24,005 nt of DNA from positions 1 to 24,005 of the IMG/VR virus record IMGVR_UViG_3300016474_000337. One strand, given 5' to 3'. The notes beneath the pieces were generated by a model, which saw nothing but the letters and a program-made list of their open reading frames with translations, was not told where the DNA came from and did no database searches. The position numbers were made by a program, and so were the translations under genes. Origin of the DNA: a virus (taxonomy: Duplodnaviria; Caudoviricetes). Shown here piece after piece: positions 8,987 to 17,221 of this stretch (its first letter is position 1; the number at the start of each line of letters is the position of its first letter).

Positions 8987-9807
8987 GCGCAACCGTTGAA
9001 ATAGATGACATCCGCTTGCGTGAATCGCTGAATCAGCTTGCCGCGCTAGGGTTGGAGACTGGGCGCGTGCTGAGAGTTGAAGGGCGAAGGCTGCTCAAAG
9101 AAATCATAAAGCGCACGCCGCCGGATGACCGGGCGCAAGGTGAAAACGCCATCAAGCAAGACATTTTTGGCGGGCGCAAAGTGAACCTTGGCAAAGGCAA
9201 CCGAATCACAACCATAGGTATCTTCTACATTATCGGAGAGAATCCGCGTGCGACCCGAAAGAAGGGCGGCGACATAATGCTTTTCGCTTCCAAAGACGGC
9301 ACGGAGATTTTTGGAACGGAAGCCAATTACTACAAGCCGAATGCGTCCGTTGCCGAGATGGATGCGATACACCAAGCCGCACGTTCAAAGGCAACCGGGC
9401 GCGTATCTATTGCTGGGAGCATGACGCACTCCGTAGGTCGCTGGCGTTTTATTGACCGCATGACCGTAAAGCGAAGTGCGGCAAACCGTTACTTCCGACA
9501 CGTCAAGCAAAATGTCGGCAAGATGAAAGGCGGATGGGGCGTTGCTGCTCAGTCCGTCGGGGTATCATTGCCAAGCTGGATTTCCCGGCACGCCAATTCA
9601 AGCAACGGTTACGTGTTGGACCGATTGCAGAAAGGCGATTCGCCTTCAATCATCATCGGCAACACAACCAAAGGCGTCAGGAGCAAGACGCTTTCTGCGG
9701 TCAAGCGGGCGTTAAACAATCGCGCAATTTCAATTGCCAAGAACGTAGAGCGAATGATTAAGCACGGCCCCGGCGCGTCCGGTGATTACGGTTACGCTGA
9801 CTCTTGA
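8983..9807 (+). CDS. Putative neck / tail completion protein
   Basis: 274 aa, very basic, IIKRTPP motif, between stopper-like and terminator-like genes; GTGA overlap. Confidence 0.5.
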   Translation: MSATVEIDDIRLRESLNQLAALGLETGRVLRVEGRRLLKEIIKRTPPDDRAQGENAIKQDIFGGRKVNLGKGNRITTIGIFYIIGENPRATRKKGGDIMLFASKDGTEIFGTEANYYKPNASVAEMDAIHQAARSKATGRVSIAGSMTHSVGRWRFIDRMTVKRSAANRYFRHVKQNVGKMKGGWGVAAQSVGVSLPSWISRHANSSNGYVLDRLQKGDSPSIIIGNTTKGVRSKTLSAVKRALNNRAISIAKNVERMIKHGPGASGDYGYADS

Positions 9808-9810
9808 ATT

Positions 9811-10290
9811 ATGCCCGCCGCAAACATTGAAACCATTTACCGCTTCGAGGAAGCCCTAGAAGCAGCCGTCAAAACAAACCTGACGGACAATGCCGGGCTA
9901 ACCACCTATCGCCAGCGGGATACTACCGGCAACGTGACGGCTCCCTTTGCTGCCGTCCAAATCTCTGGAATAACTGCGGACGGGAACCAGCACATTGATT
10001 CCGGCTCAACCTTTGGGTGGGATTCTGATTTCACGGCGTCGCTCACTATGGTAGTGGCAACGAATCGCGTGAAGGAAGGCGGCAGTTCAACGCACACGGC
10101 AACGCTTGGCAAGGTGCGCCGGTATATCCTTGACCTGACAAAATGGACCGACGCGGCATTGCCTTACCTGAAAGTGTGGTGCGTGAACATTGCCGGAAGC
10201 CAACCCGCCGTTGACGAAGATGACCGGCTAGACCTGACGACGCTTACCTTCCGCGTGCGATTCCTGATTAGGGAAAATGCTTGGCCGTGA
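9811..10290 (+). CDS. Putative tail terminator protein
   Basis: 159 aa; TAPFAAVQI and beta-rich C-terminus; last + strand gene before the tail tube gene. Confidence 0.5.
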   Translation: MPAANIETIYRFEEALEAAVKTNLTDNAGLTTYRQRDTTGNVTAPFAAVQISGITADGNQHIDSGSTFGWDSDFTASLTMVVATNRVKEGGSSTHTATLGKVRRYILDLTKWTDAALPYLKVWCVNIAGSQPAVDEDDRLDLTTLTFRVRFLIRENAWP

Positions 10291-10848
10291 TTAGCGGTTG
10301 GCATCCTTAAATTTCAGCATCTTGTCAGTGCGCCCGGCAATGTAGGGGGCGTCAGGATGGCGAAGAATGAAGCCCTCGCCGCCGTCGGCTTGGAGTTCTT
10401 TCAAGTCCTTCCGCAGCGATTCAATGCCCTTGGCCTCTAGCGTGCGGATGGTGCAAAGCTGAATGTGGAATGAGGTTTGCGGCAGCCACGTAAAGCACGA
10501 TTGCCAGCGGGCTAGGTAACCACCGGCAACGGAAGGGGCATCAAACACCTTAAAGCGCACGTCTGCCCAATCTTCATCATCGCCCGACTTCCAACGGGCA
10601 AGCCGGGTTGAAATGCGGGACAGCATACCCCGGCCCGCGTAAAGCTCGCCGTCTAGGGGGCATTCCGGCAGCTTGGCAACAAACCAAGCGGGCGCATTGA
10701 ACTTTTGGCCGTTGCGTGAAACCAGTTCCTTGCCTGTCCACAAAGCGCGGAGTCCGTCGAATTTCTCTTGGACTAGCCAGCCGTCAACGTTTTGGCCTGA
10801 GTAGTCAACCCCGTGCATCAAATCGGCGGCGGTCATTTTCGTTTTCAT
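10291..10848 (-). CDS. ATP-dependent DNA ligase-like protein, adenylation domain only (no OB fold)
   Basis: Motif I QEKFDGLRA, III LDGELY, IIIa FKVFD, IV GEGFILR, V MLKFK; SRNGQKFNAPAWF resembles minimal bacterial Lig E-type ligases; stop four residues after motif V. Confidence 0.88.
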   Translation of the reverse strand: MKTKMTAADLMHGVDYSGQNVDGWLVQEKFDGLRALWTGKELVSRNGQKFNAPAWFVAKLPECPLDGELYAGRGMLSRISTRLARWKSGDDEDWADVRFKVFDAPSVAGGYLARWQSCFTWLPQTSFHIQLCTIRTLEAKGIESLRKDLKELQADGGEGFILRHPDAPYIAGRTDKMLKFKDANR

Positions 10849-10855
10849 GTCGGCG

Positions 10856-10883
10856 ACTGTAATTGTGTTTTACCCGAAGTAAA
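10856..10883 (-). promoter_or_regulatory. Putative sigma70-like promoter of the ligase gene (leaderless type)
   Basis: Minus strand reads TTTACT-N16-TACAGT-N7-ATG; same layout as 22986-23013. Confidence 0.55.
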
Positions 10884-10930
10884 TTCTAAAACCGGGTTCA
10901 ACAAATGATTTCAGCATCGTTAATCTTGCG

Positions 10931-11251
10931 GGCTTGCTTGATTAGGCTTGAGAATCTTCATTGAATGACAGCGCGAGTCGTGGTGAGCAGGAGAGACAAT
11001 CCAACCTAGTCAGGCAGAATTGTCTCTTGAATGAGCAACGCGATTCGCGGAGCCGCAGTGTGAGTTTTTAGCAAGCCATTGGAGCACCAGCAACCAGCCG
11101 GAATCCTTACGCAGTAACGTCGCGCACTTGCAATCCTGACGGCTAAAGGCCCGTCGTCTTTAACCCAACTGGTTTCCGTTGGGCGTGCTTGATTCCCGGT
11201 TGATTATCTAGCGACCTAGACCGCCCGTGAGCGGTGGGGAACTAACGCCAC
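10931..11251 (+). ncRNA. Candidate large structured ncRNA (family not recognised)
   Basis: Nested stems 10931-10938/11070-11077, 10972-10980/11041-11049, 10991-11000/11019-11028, 11095-11105/11191-11202, 11138-11142/11151-11155, 11164-11169/11178-11183, 11207-11211/11216-11220; G-U pairs favour the + strand; no credible ORF. Confidence 0.5.
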
Positions 11252-11374
11252 AAGCATACAAAAGGAAAACCCCCGACCTTTTCGTCCCTGTGGGTGTGAC
11301 GTCAGCATGGGAAGTCTGCGACCGGGGGGTTCGGTTTTCGCAGCGGTCAATTCTTTTGCTAACGTCACGGCGCA

Positions 11375-11403
11375 AAATTGCCAAGAAAAATGTTTCGTGT
11401 CAA
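11375..11403 (-). promoter_or_regulatory. Putative sigma70-like leftward promoter
   Basis: Minus strand reads TTGACA-N17-CAATTT; predicted start near 11368, at the base of a 12-bp stem. Confidence 0.55.
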
Positions 11404-11459
11404 ATGGTTTTGATAAGAAAATCTTTCGACCGGTAAAAGGAAACCAGTGCTTATGCTCC

Positions 11460-11482
11460 GTCAATTTCCTGCGCCTTGGTAG
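11460..11482 (+). promoter_or_regulatory. Conserved late-gene motif, copy 3
   Basis: GTCAATTTC ctgc GCC ttgg TAG, 21 nt before the tail tube ATG. Confidence 0.75.
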
Positions 11483-11503
11483 CGGCAAGCAATCTGACTA
11501 CCT

Positions 11504-11851
11504 ATGAGCCTTTTCAACGACGGAACATTTCAAGTCGCGTCTCGCCTGTTGACCATCAATGCGGTCAACTACGTGGCCGAAAACTTCTCTTACGAGGAAG
11601 GTGTTTCCAAGAGCGAGGAAGTTTATGACCAAAACGGCGACCCTTCCGGCTCCGTGCATTGGGCTGACGTGCCGAAGGGCAGCGCGACGCTTCAGTTGTC
11701 CGGCTCGCAGGCTGTCCCGGCGCAGAACATGGCGTTTAACACCACGATTCGCGGCGCGACGGTGAACTTCCGCACCTTGACCGTTTCGGCTCCAGAGGAG
11801 CAGCAGGGCCGCAAGAAGGTCAACGTCACCTTTATCAAGGTTCTGAACTAG
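11504..11851 (+). CDS. Putative tail tube (major tail) protein, minimal size
   Basis: 115 aa, beta-rich with hairpin-like EEVYDQNGDPSG and GSATLQL; lies before chaperone-like and tape measure genes. Confidence 0.6.
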   Translation: MSLFNDGTFQVASRLLTINAVNYVAENFSYEEGVSKSEEVYDQNGDPSGSVHWADVPKGSATLQLSGSQAVPAQNMAFNTTIRGATVNFRTLTVSAPEEQQGRKKVNVTFIKVLN

Positions 11852-11884
11852 GACTAGCCGCCCTGTGCGGCGGCGGACTCGCCT

Positions 11885-12502
11885 ATGCGCGAAGACCCGC
11901 TATTTCAAATCATCCCCGGCTATCGTGAAGCCGTCGAGCAGGAAACGCTTGACCGAGAGGCCGCATTCCTTCCGGTAACGGAAAGCATCGCAGGCGTTGA
12001 AGTCTTGCCGCTCACGCCGCTGCATTACTCCATGCTGGAATGCGCTGGCTCGCCGTTTGTGCGCGGCGGGTTGCCTAATCCCGGCGACGTGCTTGCGTTC
12101 CTTTGGTGCGTCTCGCCGCGTTACCGCTCTGGCTATTGGCGGCGTTGGCTCTTTGCCCGTTCCTTGCGTCGCCTTTCGTTTGTGCGGGCCGTTCAGGGCA
12201 TTGGTGAGTATCTGACAGCTTCATTTGCCGATGCGCCCGGCGTAAAGCAAACCGGATTCAAGCCTTCGTATTACAGCGGCACGGCGGCTTTGGTTGACCT
12301 GCTCGCCTCTCAATACGGATGGACCGAAGAAACCATTTTGCGGATTCCATTCAAGCGGCTTTTCCAGTATGCCCGCGCCATCCGCGCCCGGCATGATGAC
12401 AAGCCCATCTTTTTCAACCCGTCGGATTCGGTCATTAGCGAGTGGCAAGAGCGTGACGAATTGAACCGGCGAAAGCTACAAGAACAGGCAAAACAAAACT
12501 GA
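11885..12502 (+). CDS. Putative tail assembly chaperone
   Basis: Between tube and tape measure genes; C-terminal LVDLLASQYGWTEETILRIPFKRLFQY resembles tail chaperone C-terminal motifs. Confidence 0.55.
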   Translation: MREDPLFQIIPGYREAVEQETLDREAAFLPVTESIAGVEVLPLTPLHYSMLECAGSPFVRGGLPNPGDVLAFLWCVSPRYRSGYWRRWLFARSLRRLSFVRAVQGIGEYLTASFADAPGVKQTGFKPSYYSGTAALVDLLASQYGWTEETILRIPFKRLFQYARAIRARHDDKPIFFNPSDSVISEWQERDELNRRKLQEQAKQN

Positions 12503-12506
12503 GCGC

Positions 12507-14003
12507 ATGGCCCGCGAAGAAATCAGCTTCAAGTTAGGACTGGACGCGAAAGCGTTTCAGCGCGGCGTTACGTCCGTAAAATCTCAGTTAAACGGGCTTG
12601 CGACTGAGAAATGGAGCGACTTCAAGAAAGCCCTGTCACTTGGCGCGGCGGTTGAAGGCGTGCGTCGGCTTGGCGAGGCAATGCTTGAATTGCGGCGAAG
12701 GTCGGAAGACATCGGCGCAAGCACGGATTTTTTGCAGGCGTTTGATATGCTTGCTGTGAAATTCGGCGGCAGCGCAGAGACGGCTAACGTCGCGCTTCTA
12801 AAGCTCACCGAAACCATCGGGCAAGCCCGCACGGAAGGCGGCACGGCAGCCGAAAAGTTCGCTCGCTTTGGAATCGCTCTTTACGACGCAAACGGGAATG
12901 CCAGAAACACAGAGGAAATCTTCAAGGCGATTGCTAACGCCTACCAAAAATCAGCGGACGCAGGCACGAAGGCCGCTCTGGCTTTTGAGTTCTTTGGCAA
13001 AACCGGGCGCGAGGTAAACAACATCCTTGGCGAAGGCGCGGCTGGCATAGACGCCTATACCGAGAAAATGAAGTCTCTCGGACTTGTGGCTAGTGCGGCT
13101 AACGTCAACGCACTGGCTGACGCTTGGTCAAACCTCAAAGCGAATATCACGGGCGCGGGCGCGAACTTGGCCGGCCTTGCGGTTCGCTTTGCGTCGCTTC
13201 CGTTTGCAATGGCGGGCGCATTGTCAACTGGCAAAAATCTTTCTGACGCCCTGTCGGACGTTGACGAAGCAATGAGGGGCGGCGATGGCGGGCAGTCACG
13301 CGGAACGGAAGCGGCAGACCGGGCCATGCGTGAGGCTGCCGAGTTGAAAAAGATGGAAGAAATTACCGAGCGCATCGCCAAGATTAGGCGCGACTCGGCG
13401 GCTACAACCGAGGACGAGCAGATTGAAAACCTAAAGCTAGAGGTTTCGCTTGCCCGCGATGCCATGCAAGCCGAGGATGACCGCGTTAAGCGTGCGGAAA
13501 AGCTGCTTAAATTGGAGGAAGCAAAAGCCAAGCTAGCTTCCGTTGAACGCAAGCGCGATGATGACGCGGCAAAAGAGGAAGCTGCCGAACATATCGCCAA
13601 AATGGACCGGCTTGTTGAGTTGCAAGCCGCGCAAGCCAAGAGCCGTCAAAGCATGGCGGAAGCCAAAGAAGCCCGCTTCAAATTCAGCTTGCAAGAGTTG
13701 GCAGAGGCAGACCCGCGCAGGTTTCGTGGACAGACGCGGCAGGACATTCTTGGAGCGCAGGAAGTTCAACGGCTTGAAAAGCAAGCGCAGTGGCAAAACC
13801 TTTTCGGCACCAAAGAGCAGCGCGACAAGCTGCAAGCGATGGCGGACCAAAGACGGCAGCAAATTGGGCTGCTCAAGACCGATGAAAAATTCCCGTTCCG
13901 CGACTTGGAAAAGTCGGGCAGCGAAAGTGCAGAGGCATTGAAAACGCTGCTCAAGTATGCGAACGAAAAGGGAATTCCGATGAAGCCGCTCATGGGCAAG
14001 TGA
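12507..14003 (+). CDS. Tail tape measure protein (short)
   Basis: 498 aa, Ala-rich and helical; N-terminal FKLGLDAKAFQRG, FARFGI...IFKAIA...ALAFEFFGKTG core, long coiled coil. Confidence 0.85.
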   Translation: MAREEISFKLGLDAKAFQRGVTSVKSQLNGLATEKWSDFKKALSLGAAVEGVRRLGEAMLELRRRSEDIGASTDFLQAFDMLAVKFGGSAETANVALLKLTETIGQARTEGGTAAEKFARFGIALYDANGNARNTEEIFKAIANAYQKSADAGTKAALAFEFFGKTGREVNNILGEGAAGIDAYTEKMKSLGLVASAANVNALADAWSNLKANITGAGANLAGLAVRFASLPFAMAGALSTGKNLSDALSDVDEAMRGGDGGQSRGTEAADRAMREAAELKKMEEITERIAKIRRDSAATTEDEQIENLKLEVSLARDAMQAEDDRVKRAEKLLKLEEAKAKLASVERKRDDDAAKEEAAEHIAKMDRLVELQAAQAKSRQSMAEAKEARFKFSLQELAEADPRRFRGQTRQDILGAQEVQRLEKQAQWQNLFGTKEQRDKLQAMADQRRQQIGLLKTDEKFPFRDLEKSGSESAEALKTLLKYANEKGIPMKPLMGK

Positions 14004-14012
14004 TACCACGTT

Positions 14013-14888
14013 ATGCCATTCGCCATAGACCTACCCAATTCAGGCGCGACGACTGCCACGGTGCGCGGCCCTCGCTCATGGCAACAGCCATTCCCTGACT
14101 TGACCGCCGAGTTGACGTTTGTTGAGCCGTATATCCAGACGGTTGACGACTTCGCGCCGCTCGCGTTGGACACGCCGCACCCTGACATTCACGACGCCTA
14201 TCTAGTTGAGGAATCAGAGCGCGAAAACATTGGCGGCTTTTACAAATGGGAGCGCACGTATGCCCGCATTCCGCCAAGCCGCGAAGTGTTTGAGGGCTAT
14301 TCGTGGATTGTTCCCGGCATTGGCACGGGTGCGATTTATTCGGCGCAAAGCATTTCGTCAGTATCACACGCTGCAAGCGTGACAACCATTGTTGCGGCAA
14401 GCTCGCCGGGCATTTCGGTAGGTGACCAATGCAACGTTGCCTATACGTTCACTGACGCGGCAACCGGCACTCAATACGGGCGCACCGTGCTAAGGACTGC
14501 GCTATCCGGCACAAGCGGAACCACGGTAAAGGTTGACCTGATTTCAGAGCCGGGCGGCACGTTGACGTTTCTGACGGTTAAGAAAGTTGAGCCGGGGCGG
14601 GCAGCGGAAGCCTTGGAAGTTGGCAGCGTGATTCAGGTTGACTACTTCCTGCCCGGTGTTTCGGCGGGTATTAACACGGCCTTTGACATTCCAATTATTG
14701 AGGCATTGGAAATCTATGACAGCGACGGCGTGAAGACTGACAGCTTCACGGCTACAACCTCGCCAACGCTGGCAACTTGGCGGTCATACGTTGCCGCAAA
14801 AACTCGCGTTTGCGTTGTGCGAAGTGTCATCCGTCGCTGGCTTGGTAACATCTACGAACGGTCAACGCGATACTGTGTTGCTCAATAA
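14013..14888 (+). CDS. Putative distal tail / tail tip protein
   Basis: 291 aa, directly after the tape measure gene, Thr/Ser- and beta-rich. Confidence 0.5.
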   Translation: MPFAIDLPNSGATTATVRGPRSWQQPFPDLTAELTFVEPYIQTVDDFAPLALDTPHPDIHDAYLVEESERENIGGFYKWERTYARIPPSREVFEGYSWIVPGIGTGAIYSAQSISSVSHAASVTTIVAASSPGISVGDQCNVAYTFTDAATGTQYGRTVLRTALSGTSGTTVKVDLISEPGGTLTFLTVKKVEPGRAAEALEVGSVIQVDYFLPGVSAGINTAFDIPIIEALEIYDSDGVKTDSFTATTSPTLATWRSYVAAKTRVCVVRSVIRRWLGNIYERSTRYCVAQ

Positions 14889-15187
14889 TGCTGCCGCCTC
14901 CGCCAACTGACATTAGTGAGCCGCTCCCGTTGGTAGGTGAGGGAAGCGACGCTTGGATGTTGTCCGCTGAATGGGCGAACCACTTGGCGCGGAAAGTGAA
15001 TGCGATTATTGGAATGCGGGCAGAGCTTCCTATCAAGCTGACAAAATCCGATTCGGGTTTCTTGTTCACCGCAGGCGAGGGTTACGCAACGCCAGCCGGT
15101 GCCGTTCCGCAGTGGGTTGAAACTTCCATTTGCATAGACGGAGAAGTCCGCACGCTTTGGGTATTTGGTGCGCTTGTCCCGGTATGA
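14888..15187 (+). CDS. Hypothetical tail-region protein (paralogue of 16934-17218)
   Basis: 99 aa, TAATG overlap with upstream gene; LSAEWANHLARKVNAI...CIDG...GALVP. Confidence 0.7.
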   Translation: MLPPPPTDISEPLPLVGEGSDAWMLSAEWANHLARKVNAIIGMRAELPIKLTKSDSGFLFTAGEGYATPAGAVPQWVETSICIDGEVRTLWVFGALVPV

Positions 15188-16695
15188 TTACGCTAGGAGA
15201 TTGCAACGGGTGCGCGGGTTGCGACGAAGGCGGAAGCGTCGTTTGTGACCGCATTGCTTTTAGCAGTTCACCGTCAGGCCCGCCAGCTAGGCCCGGCGAG
15301 ATTGTTGGCAGCGCGAACGAAGGAGACGACATCGGTTTTTACGTGATGCGATACCCGAGTTGCTTTCTTTACGAGGGCGACCCGACAACCTACGAAACGA
15401 ACGAAGGACACCCTGCCACTGACGTTATCCCAGAGGACCAATATTATTTTGACAGCACGGCGCGGGCATTCTGGCAGAATCAATCCGGCGTTATGACTTC
15501 CGTCGGCACGCCTAGCTGGTTCCTAAACGGCAGCGTGTCAGGCACTGTCAAAATCCTTTTGCCATCCTGCGAATGTTCCGCACACATGATTACCGGAACG
15601 GCGGACGTTCCTTTCACTTTTGCGAACGGTGACGACACTCCAATTCCGGTTGCTTTAACTACCACCTGCCCCGGCCCGCCTGTCTTTTGGGGATGCCGCG
15701 ACCAACCGGGCGGAGTTGAGGTTGCGACGCTTTACTTTGAGGACGTGACAGCAACAGGCGGGTGCGTAGTGGCTGGCAACTCAGCGCGGGGCGTTGTGTT
15801 TTGCACGCATACCTTGCCAAACGGAAGCCCCGGCCCAAGGTGGGAAATCCAATCATATAGCCACGGAGGCTATTGCGCCCCGCCAAGTTTTGGTGCCGGA
15901 TTCTTGGGTCAAAGCCATTACAAAAATCTGACGCAGGTAATTAAAATTACCGACGGAGACGAATTCCACAGAACGGAAAGCGATTTTGACGACAACTGTC
16001 TGTATCTTGTGGAAAGAAGAAAGGTGTCAACCGCATACTCGGACCAAACATTTCTTCAATTACTTGGCACGTATGGCGGCGATTTGATAGAAAGAACAGA
16101 CACATACGAACTGCGAAGAAACTCTATTTTGCTTTGGGACTTTATCCAAACCTACACAAACGAATACACCGGTCCACAAGACCAAGCTCAGATAAATCAT
16201 GCGGCGGCGCAATCGGCTAGCCCAGATGAAACCTATGGGCTTGCGTCATTTGTGTATAACGACACACCAGAATACGAAACAAACGCGGTTGCGCCTTGGG
16301 ATGAAGTAACCACAATTTCAGGGTGGGGGAGTGCAGGTTCTGCCCCGCCATACGAATATACTTTCTCTGCTGGCGTAAGGTCTTACGGCACAAGTAACCC
16401 TCACATTTCCGGCTTGGCGGTATATGAGACATTAACCTTGGACGCTCGCGGAAGCTATTCCGGCAACCCTGAACCACAACGAATAGGGATAAACATTACG
16501 CAATACGAATACGACAGCGAAACCGGAACCCACGCTCCGTATAGCGTAAGCGGGTGCGTTGACATCACTGATTCAATTTACGAAATTCAGCCAGCCGCAA
16601 ACGAGGGGCGAGCTGAGTATGTTTATTGCGTTGCGCCCCATAACTGCCCGCTTCCGGCTTTTGTTTGCCACCCCGGTCTCTCTGCTTGTCCATGA
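15184..16695 (+). CDS. Cys-rich acidic putative tail tip / receptor-binding protein
   Basis: Start taken at ATG 15184 (ATGA overlap), 503 aa; begins MITLGDCNGCAGC; many Cys, Tyr, Asp/Glu and very few Lys. Confidence 0.6.
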   Translation: MITLGDCNGCAGCDEGGSVVCDRIAFSSSPSGPPARPGEIVGSANEGDDIGFYVMRYPSCFLYEGDPTTYETNEGHPATDVIPEDQYYFDSTARAFWQNQSGVMTSVGTPSWFLNGSVSGTVKILLPSCECSAHMITGTADVPFTFANGDDTPIPVALTTTCPGPPVFWGCRDQPGGVEVATLYFEDVTATGGCVVAGNSARGVVFCTHTLPNGSPGPRWEIQSYSHGGYCAPPSFGAGFLGQSHYKNLTQVIKITDGDEFHRTESDFDDNCLYLVERRKVSTAYSDQTFLQLLGTYGGDLIERTDTYELRRNSILLWDFIQTYTNEYTGPQDQAQINHAAAQSASPDETYGLASFVYNDTPEYETNAVAPWDEVTTISGWGSAGSAPPYEYTFSAGVRSYGTSNPHISGLAVYETLTLDARGSYSGNPEPQRIGINITQYEYDSETGTHAPYSVSGCVDITDSIYEIQPAANEGRAEYVYCVAPHNCPLPAFVCHPGLSACP

Positions 16696-16940
16696 TATTC
16701 ATTAGCACAATCGAACACCTAATGCTCCACGTGGAACAATCCCCGCAGGCAATCAAAGAGGGAGCCGCGTGGATTGCTGCCGGTGCGCCGCTGGCTGACC
16801 GCGTGACGGTCAAGATTCGCCGCGATACTTGCGAGGCTTGCGAACACTGGCGACGCGAGCCGGACAGGTGCGATAAGTGCAAATGCTTGGCGGCGAAGCT
16901 GCATTTAGCAACGTCAACCTGCCCTCTTAAAAAATGGTGA
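16692..16940 (+). CDS. Small Cys-rich metal-binding protein (DUF6171-like)
   Basis: RRDTCEACEHW...CDKCKC...KLHLATSTCPLKKW; ATGA overlap at 16692. Confidence 0.7.
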   Translation: MIFISTIEHLMLHVEQSPQAIKEGAAWIAAGAPLADRVTVKIRRDTCEACEHWRREPDRCDKCKCLAAKLHLATSTCPLKKW

Positions 16941-17218
16941 ACCGCATTCAACTGTTTGTAGAAGGACAGCAACTATCGGGCAGCCAATGGAATGCCGTAG
17001 CCAAGGCCATCAACGCGCTTTGGGCTTCACGCGCTGCCCCGCCATTTGAGCTTATTAAGGGCGAGCCTTGGGTTTTGAGGCTGCAAAAAAAGCTGCTGAC
17101 TGGCGAAGGCGCAGAAAATCAACCGGACCCGTCGGCGGGCGTAACCTTGATTGCGCTTCCCGCTTGCGACGACGGCACCCCGTCAACCATATACTTGCCC
17201 GGCTACTTGGTTCCGTAG
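16934..17218 (+). CDS. Hypothetical tail-region protein (paralogue of 14888-15187)
   Basis: 94 aa; LSGSQWNAVAKAINAL...CDDG...GYLVP. Confidence 0.7.
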   Translation: MVNRIQLFVEGQQLSGSQWNAVAKAINALWASRAAPPFELIKGEPWVLRLQKKLLTGEGAENQPDPSAGVTLIALPACDDGTPSTIYLPGYLVP

Positions 17219-17221
17219 GCT

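Noticed and set aside
9723-9748. CGCAATTTC aatt GCC aagaacg TAG as another late motif copy
   Set aside because: GT replaced by CG, TAG is 3 nt out of register, and it lies inside a CDS.
11216-11507. Three short overlapping ORFs (11216-11488 -, 11227-11436 +, 11307-11507 +)
   Set aside because: No protein-like features; they overlap promoter motifs and paired stems.
11885-12502. Programmed -1 frameshift in the tail chaperone
   Set aside because: The ORF already runs to within 4 nt of the tape measure start, so no second frame is needed.
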